Origin: an uncultured Gammaproteobacteria bacterium
GTDB lineage: Bacteria > Patescibacteriota > Microgenomatia > UBA10105 > UBA927
Assembly: GCA_964609895.1 (NCBI GenBank)
Contig: CAZSTG010000002.1
Coordinates: 3,362-67,361 of the forward strand
Length of the DNA: 64,000 nt
Direction: 5' to 3'
The notes beneath the pieces are model-generated. The model did not search any database. It was not told the DNA's origin and saw nothing but the letters and a program-made list of their open reading frames with translations. The translations under genes and the position numbers were made by a program. Shown here one piece after another: positions 58,587 through 64,000 of this stretch; within the stretch, counting starts at the first letter, position 1; each line of letters begins with the position of its first letter.

Positions 58587-60110
58587 CTATCGTATGAACG
58601 ATTTTTTATCTTGATATATTCGTTCAATATATCCCCGCATGGACCAAAAGATGATCACCATAGGAAGAGAAACGTGCATCATGGTGAATAAATTGGCAAA
58701 AAGATAGAGCCAACTAATGGAACTGAGAGACGCAAATATAAGTAATTCATCATTCTTAAGTATACGTGCCAGACGCACGTCTATTTGCAGAAACGTTGCA
58801 AGCAGCCACGTGAGAACTAAAAATCCGATTACGCCATTTTCAGCAAGAACGGTCAGATACCAATTATGCGGATATGCATAGACATTTTGAAGAATTTTAT
58901 AGTTTGGTTCATAGACGCGTCCTCCATATCTGGAGTATACAATCTGCACATTATCCTTATAATTTCCTAATCCGACTCCGAGCAGCGGGTGCTGTATAAA
59001 TATGTCAATTGCTTGGTTGTACATGACAAATCTTCGTTCAACACTGACAACATCTTCGGAATAGCTTTTCATCAGAAATCGATCAATAATGGTGCTTTTA
59101 AAAAAGATTACGGATATGCCGAGATAGAGGGCAAAAAGTATTCCACCTATGGAGAGGAACCATTTAGTTATGACTTTTCTTTCTTTGGGTATGTATATCC
59201 ACATAAGAATAAATCCAAGACCATAGGTGAGGAATCTATACCGGTAGTTCACAAGAAAAATTGCGATTAAGGAAACGGAAAAAATTATGAGGCTAGCCCA
59301 GAAGAGTTTTTTTTGTTTCATTTGTTTGGCAAAAAGAAGTATCGCGATGATGCATGGAGTAAAATATTCGAAATCAATGATGGAAAAAATACGTCCTCTT
59401 GCCAAATCATGCGCAAAAACACTTCGTTCATACGAAGGGTACAGGACTTCTATGAGAGATGATCCTAAGGGTTTATCAATAAAAACAAGCAAGACCAAGA
59501 GAGAAGCACCGAGCATAAACCAAGGGTAGGTACTGATAATCCGTTTTGCCTCTGCCCATGAGAAAAACCAATAGGATAAGAACATGAACAGCAGGCCGGT
59601 GAAAGCAATATTTACATCCTGCAGAAAAAAGTTGCTGTTTGTCATGGAAAATACTGATAAAAGAAGGCTTATGACATAGAGGCAGACGGGATACAATGAA
59701 TACATTGACAGAAATGGAAGAATTTTTTTGGCAATGATTTGTATGCACACGGCTCCAACCAACAGAAGCGCAAAGAATTTTGCAAATCCTAATGTGGTAT
59801 TAAATCGGAGTATGGATGGTAGCCTCATCGGTCCAAAGAATGTCAATAGCAATCCACTGGTAAGAAGAGATGGCAGGAATGTGCCCCACTGAATTTTTTT
59901 TCTGTATATAACAACTCCCAACAATGCCAAAATGAGAGGCACAATGACAATTGCCGATCCTTTTGAAGGAAGGTATCCAAGTTCCGATAAGCTCGAAGTT
60001 GCGCCCGGATCATATGGTAAATCCTGAGGGAATTCAGACCGATAATTTGGAACTTGTTTTTGAAGATTATAGGAATTATCAAATCGATTCGGATATTGTG
60101 CGTTTTCCAT
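58587..60110 (-). CDS. O-antigen ligase/polymerase family protein
   Basis: Many TM helices; R...Y..A...F..HPLLGVGLG and PHNWYL.VLAENGVIG motifs. Confidence 0.88.
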   Translation of the reverse strand: MENAQYPNRFDNSYNLQKQVPNYRSEFPQDLPYDPGATSSLSELGYLPSKGSAIVIVPLILALLGVVIYRKKIQWGTFLPSLLTSGLLLTFFGPMRLPSILRFNTTLGFAKFFALLLVGAVCIQIIAKKILPFLSMYSLYPVCLYVISLLLSVFSMTNSNFFLQDVNIAFTGLLFMFLSYWFFSWAEAKRIISTYPWFMLGASLLVLLVFIDKPLGSSLIEVLYPSYERSVFAHDLARGRIFSIIDFEYFTPCIIAILLFAKQMKQKKLFWASLIIFSVSLIAIFLVNYRYRFLTYGLGFILMWIYIPKERKVITKWFLSIGGILFALYLGISVIFFKSTIIDRFLMKSYSEDVVSVERRFVMYNQAIDIFIQHPLLGVGLGNYKDNVQIVYSRYGGRVYEPNYKILQNVYAYPHNWYLTVLAENGVIGFLVLTWLLATFLQIDVRLARILKNDELLIFASLSSISWLYLFANLFTMMHVSLPMVIIFWSMRGYIERIYQDKKSFIR

Positions 60111-60113
60111 GGA

Positions 60114-60926
60114 TTACTCAACGGAGAGTATCTCGCCCTCGCTCAGATTATAATTAGTAAAAAGGAGCCATATACTGCTTCCTGTTTTTATATATTGTTC
60201 TTCCCTGTATACAAACTCTCCGTTTTGTTCGACCATTTTCAATTTGACCGTAAGATAAAAATCTTCATATATCGTACTTGCAGTTCTCACAAGCTGCCCG
60301 TTATTGTTTGCCGCTTCGGTGAGTGCGGGTGTCCGACTTTTTTCTAGTATTTCAGTGATAACGATTCCATCGCCGTCGACAATGGTGTCACCTACGTGTA
60401 TTGCATCAAATTCATACGGCCAGCGATTTTTATGACGTATATGGACGATTTTTTCAACGTACTGTTTATTGTATTCGCCGTCTTTATATATAGCCACAAT
60501 CATGCCTGGAAAAAAAGCATTATTCAGGTCTAAGCTGATCGGATCACCGATTGCCACAGGTTCACCTTTATACCGATACTGATTTGTTTTCTTGTTGTGT
60601 TGTACTGCCAAACGAACGGAAAGATATGCATCCCGTGTAGATCCACCTGCATCATACACATCAACTGCCATCACTTCTGCTGTCGCTTTGTTTGCACTAT
60701 TGTATTCTTTATCTCCCTTTTTAATGGAGAATGCTAGCCAATCAGGGGGTCTTGGTGTGACCCACCACCAGTTTCCAGGACTGCCCTTGACACGAACGAT
60801 AATATACTCCTGTTTTACGATGACTAACTTATACGTAAGAACGCCGCTTAATCCTAATACTGCACATATCATGATGAGTAAGCGAAGATGTTGCAGGAAA
60901 AATTTTTTTGCTTTTTTGATTTTCAT
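60114..60926 (-). CDS. Membrane-anchored protein with duplicated beta domain (DUF4330-like)
   Basis: TM, then two (K/V)GD...E..D.YL.V.L repeats. Confidence 0.55.
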   Translation of the reverse strand: MKIKKAKKFFLQHLRLLIMICAVLGLSGVLTYKLVIVKQEYIIVRVKGSPGNWWWVTPRPPDWLAFSIKKGDKEYNSANKATAEVMAVDVYDAGGSTRDAYLSVRLAVQHNKKTNQYRYKGEPVAIGDPISLDLNNAFFPGMIVAIYKDGEYNKQYVEKIVHIRHKNRWPYEFDAIHVGDTIVDGDGIVITEILEKSRTPALTEAANNNGQLVRTASTIYEDFYLTVKLKMVEQNGEFVYREEQYIKTGSSIWLLFTNYNLSEGEILSVE

Positions 60927-60941
60927 TGGTCTATATATACA

Positions 60942-62156
60942 TCATCGAGTTTCCAATATCAAGCGATAGAACGCCTCATATTTTTTTGCAATGTATTGAA
61001 TAGTAAAGAATTTTTGTGCGTAGCGTTTTGCTTGTGTCCCAATGGTGCGTCTTTTTGATTCATGAGAAAGCAAATCGTGTATTGCTGCAGTAAGTGAATT
61101 GACGTCATTTGGCGGGATGAGAATACCATAGGTATTGTTTCTGATCGATTCTGGAGTTCCGCCGACATTGGTGGCAATGACAGAACAACCTGAGGTCATC
61201 CCCTCAATCACCGTTCTTCCGCATGGTTCGGACCATAATGAGGGAACGACTACAATTTTTGCTCTGCGGTAAAACTGTATCATGTGCGGGTGTTTGTGTT
61301 CGCTCATAATTTGTACAGACTGTTCTAAATGTAATGTCTGAATCAGCTGCTTATATACTGCGGTTTCACCGCCGCCGATGAGTGAAACGCGGACGTGTTG
61401 TCGTGCTGTCACCTGTTTAATTGCATAGAGCAATGTTTCAATTCCTTTATACCAAACGAGTTTTCCAACATAGAGAATATCGATATCCTTTTGCGTTTTT
61501 TTCATATGAAACCACGTGTTCGGAACGCCATTTCCAATGATGGACGTTTGTATGTGGGGAGCCATGTTTTTTAGTTTTTGTTCGACAAAATGACTTACAC
61601 AGATCGCATATCGTATATGGGACACACACCGCTTTCGCATATATTTCTTCATCTGGCCTTGTATGTATGGTATGAGGTTTTTTGGAGAAAGAATAAAAAA
61701 GTCCTTCCGACGGATGATTTTCGTTTTGCCGGTCGGGCGAGGAATTGCGTTTTGCCGTTCAAATAACAGATCGTTTTCTGGGGAGATAAGTCCGTAATCC
61801 TGAATGACCGCAACGAATGTATGGCAAAAGTATTTCCAATACGAAAGAAGTGAAATGCTATCAACATCGATAGCCTGAATGATATCCGCGTGTTGCAGGA
61901 ATGCATCAGATTTGAGATGTTGCCGTAACAAGAGACTGCGGATCGGCAGCAGGAGCGTTCGAAAGGGGACGGGATATAAGAATGGCGTTGTTTTTATACA
62001 ATACCCGTGCACATATTGTGTTTTTTGTTTCCCACCCGTATATATCGTAATTGTATGACCGCGTGCGACTAATTCTTTTGCGACTAGTTCTGTAAGTATT
62101 TCAGCACCACCGATATATGTTGAGGGCAAATAGCTGGAAAATATCGCGATATTCAT
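60942..62156 (-). CDS. Glycosyltransferase family 4
   Basis: IGGAE, VGKL...KG and PSLWSEPCGRTVIEGM motifs. Confidence 0.9.
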   Translation of the reverse strand: MNIAIFSSYLPSTYIGGAEILTELVAKELVARGHTITIYTGGKQKTQYVHGYCIKTTPFLYPVPFRTLLLPIRSLLLRQHLKSDAFLQHADIIQAIDVDSISLLSYWKYFCHTFVAVIQDYGLISPENDLLFERQNAIPRPTGKTKIIRRKDFFILSPKNLIPYIQGQMKKYMRKRCVSHIRYAICVSHFVEQKLKNMAPHIQTSIIGNGVPNTWFHMKKTQKDIDILYVGKLVWYKGIETLLYAIKQVTARQHVRVSLIGGGETAVYKQLIQTLHLEQSVQIMSEHKHPHMIQFYRRAKIVVVPSLWSEPCGRTVIEGMTSGCSVIATNVGGTPESIRNNTYGILIPPNDVNSLTAAIHDLLSHESKRRTIGTQAKRYAQKFFTIQYIAKKYEAFYRLILETR

Positions 62157-63274
62157 ATCTTTTTTGCGGATTCGGCAATCTCTTTATACACAGCGTATGT
62201 TTTTTTGGCACAGGCAGTCCATGAATATTGTGCTGCCCGTCGTATGCCCAGACTGCGGTATTTCTTCTGTGTTTTTTGATCATTAATCAGGTGTTGTATT
62301 GTTTTCATTTCTGCAGTTGTCGGAGGAAGAGAGATGTATATGCCGTTATTTTGAACCATTTCCATAAGTGCCGGAATATGACTGACAATGACAGGACAAC
62401 CGCACGCCATTGCCTCGAGTACGGTAAATCCAAACCCTTCTGCATAGGAGGGTTGAAGAAGTACCGTGGCTGCCGTATAGATTGGAGGTAAATCCTTTTC
62501 GGGAATTGAGCCTAAGTGCCGTATCCTCTGTGCAAACGGTGATGTCTGTATGAAGGCCTCTTGTTCCTTTGTCCACGGTTCACCAACTTTTACGAGATGG
62601 AGATTCCGGTCGCGTTTTGCAAGGATAAAAAATATGTTCAGTAACCCCTCAATATTTTTATTGTAATATGTTGTGCCTACATGCAGGAGATAGGTGTCCG
62701 GAAGCGCGTATTGCTTTTTTATTCGATGCAATACCTGTACATCAGTGCAGGGAGTAAATGTTGAAGCCACCCCTTCGGGGATAACGATAACTTGTTTTTC
62801 GGGAATATGGAGATACCGGATGATGTCTTGTTTTGTTGCTTCAGATACAGCGAGTATTCTTGCAGCATGTCGCATCCGTCCGACTCTCCAACGTTCTATT
62901 GCATGTTTTATCTGTTTTTTGATCGTCGGCTTAACATACTGCATCATCCAATACGGCGCAGTGAGGTCATGGCACGTGATAATTGTTTTTTTCGGATCGA
63001 GTACTGCAAGAAGATGGGCGTTTGCGTGGTCGGTAATATGATATACATCTGCATGCTTACCAAGAATTCCCATGGGGTTAACGATATAACGGAATACTTG
63101 CCTGATTTGTTTGTGGCGCGCCGAGAATAACTTGGATAGGGCAGGAAGTGTGACATGCGAGGTAATTGACAATGGTTTTTTGAGAGAGAGCAATGCGTTT
63201 TTGAGCTTGTCCGCATAGACATCCATACTCGTCCAATGCTCTTCTTTGTAGTCAGGTAAAAAAAGGACGTTCAT
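62153..63274 (-). CDS. Glycosyltransferase family 4
   Basis: TCHDL, KNIEG and EGFGFTVLEAMACGCPV motifs. Confidence 0.9.
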   Translation of the reverse strand: MNVLFLPDYKEEHWTSMDVYADKLKNALLSLKKPLSITSHVTLPALSKLFSARHKQIRQVFRYIVNPMGILGKHADVYHITDHANAHLLAVLDPKKTIITCHDLTAPYWMMQYVKPTIKKQIKHAIERWRVGRMRHAARILAVSEATKQDIIRYLHIPEKQVIVIPEGVASTFTPCTDVQVLHRIKKQYALPDTYLLHVGTTYYNKNIEGLLNIFFILAKRDRNLHLVKVGEPWTKEQEAFIQTSPFAQRIRHLGSIPEKDLPPIYTAATVLLQPSYAEGFGFTVLEAMACGCPVIVSHIPALMEMVQNNGIYISLPPTTAEMKTIQHLINDQKTQKKYRSLGIRRAAQYSWTACAKKTYAVYKEIAESAKKI

Positions 63275-63357
63275 AATTGCATGGTAGAGTATAGTGATTT
63301 TCCGTGCATATTGCCTATGATGTTAGTTTCTTGAACATTATTGTACAATAAACCACA

Positions 63358-64000
63358 ATGAAGAGATCTGCAGTTTATATTGTTTATTCAAATTTGCTCC
63401 TCGGTGGTATTCCAACCAAAATTATTGATATTGCAAATGCGTTTCGTTCGTCAAAGACGACTGTCTACATAGTACTGCAAAAGGGAGCTCCGCAGGATTT
63501 ACGTTCATCCATAACAAACAAACACGTACATATTATTGATAGTCCATCACAAAATCCAGTCATATTTATGTTTTGGATATGGATGCGGCTTCTTTCTGAC
63601 AGGCCTTCGTCTGTACTTGCGTTTGTGAGTTCCTATGCATTACCCGTACTTTTGATAAAGACATTGTTTTTGCATGCAATGCGTGTTGTGGTTAGCGAAG
63701 ATCATTATACACAAACAATGCTGCAATCCATGAGATTTCCTGCACTGCAGCGTATAGGTATCCAATACTTGTATCCGAAAGCGGATAGCATCATTGTTCC
63801 AACGCATGAGATTAAACAACAGTTGCAATCATTTTTTGCTAGACCATTGTCTCAAATAACTGTCATTCGTAACTGGACACGTTTTTCTGCACCCGTCAAG
63901 CCGTTGAAGCAGACAATTGACATTGTTCATATTGGAAGATTAGTCCCTTCAAAAAACCCGATGCGCATCGTTCAATGCATGCATGCATATTGTACAAAAT
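63358..64000 (+). CDS. Glycosyltransferase family 4 (partial, runs off window)
   Basis: MKRSAVYIVYSNLLLGG..., SEDH, YPKAD and HIGRLVPSKNP; not in the ORF track because it lacks a stop. Confidence 0.75.
   Translation, partial: MKRSAVYIVYSNLLLGGIPTKIIDIANAFRSSKTTVYIVLQKGAPQDLRSSITNKHVHIIDSPSQNPVIFMFWIWMRLLSDRPSSVLAFVSSYALPVLLIKTLFLHAMRVVVSEDHYTQTMLQSMRFPALQRIGIQYLYPKADSIIVPTHEIKQQLQSFFARPLSQITVIRNWTRFSAPVKPLKQTIDIVHIGRLVPSKNPMRIVQCMHAYCTK

Overview
Chromosomal window from a small-genome bacterium, most likely CPR/Patescibacteria (Microgenomates-like). That assignment is an inference from gene content, the extended L1 protein, the archaeal-type CoaD/DUF359 fusion and widespread leaderless starts. 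The window holds glycosyltransferase clusters at both ends, a sortase with an adjacent substrate, ndk/maf/mreB, otsA, non-oxidative pentose phosphate genes (rpiB, rpe, tkt), galT/galU and a threonine catabolism operon. It also holds a sat-cysC fusion with TauE, six tRNAs, and a tRNA-rpmG-secE-nusG-rplKAJL cluster broken up by inserted genes. Two non-obvious layers stand out. First, a REP-associated tyrosine transposase (RAYT) with ten loci of a GAGGGTCWGACCCTC palindrome (one in-frame inside transketolase) and two candidate ncRNAs nearby. Second, a recurring cassette type: consensus promoter, long hairpin-dense leader, Shine-Dalgarno-led orphan ORF and hairpin-chain trailer. It includes a paralogous pair whose promoter/leader DNA is conserved while the proteins have diverged. 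All RNA structures were read by eye, not computed, and several CDS starts were adjusted from the supplied ORF track.
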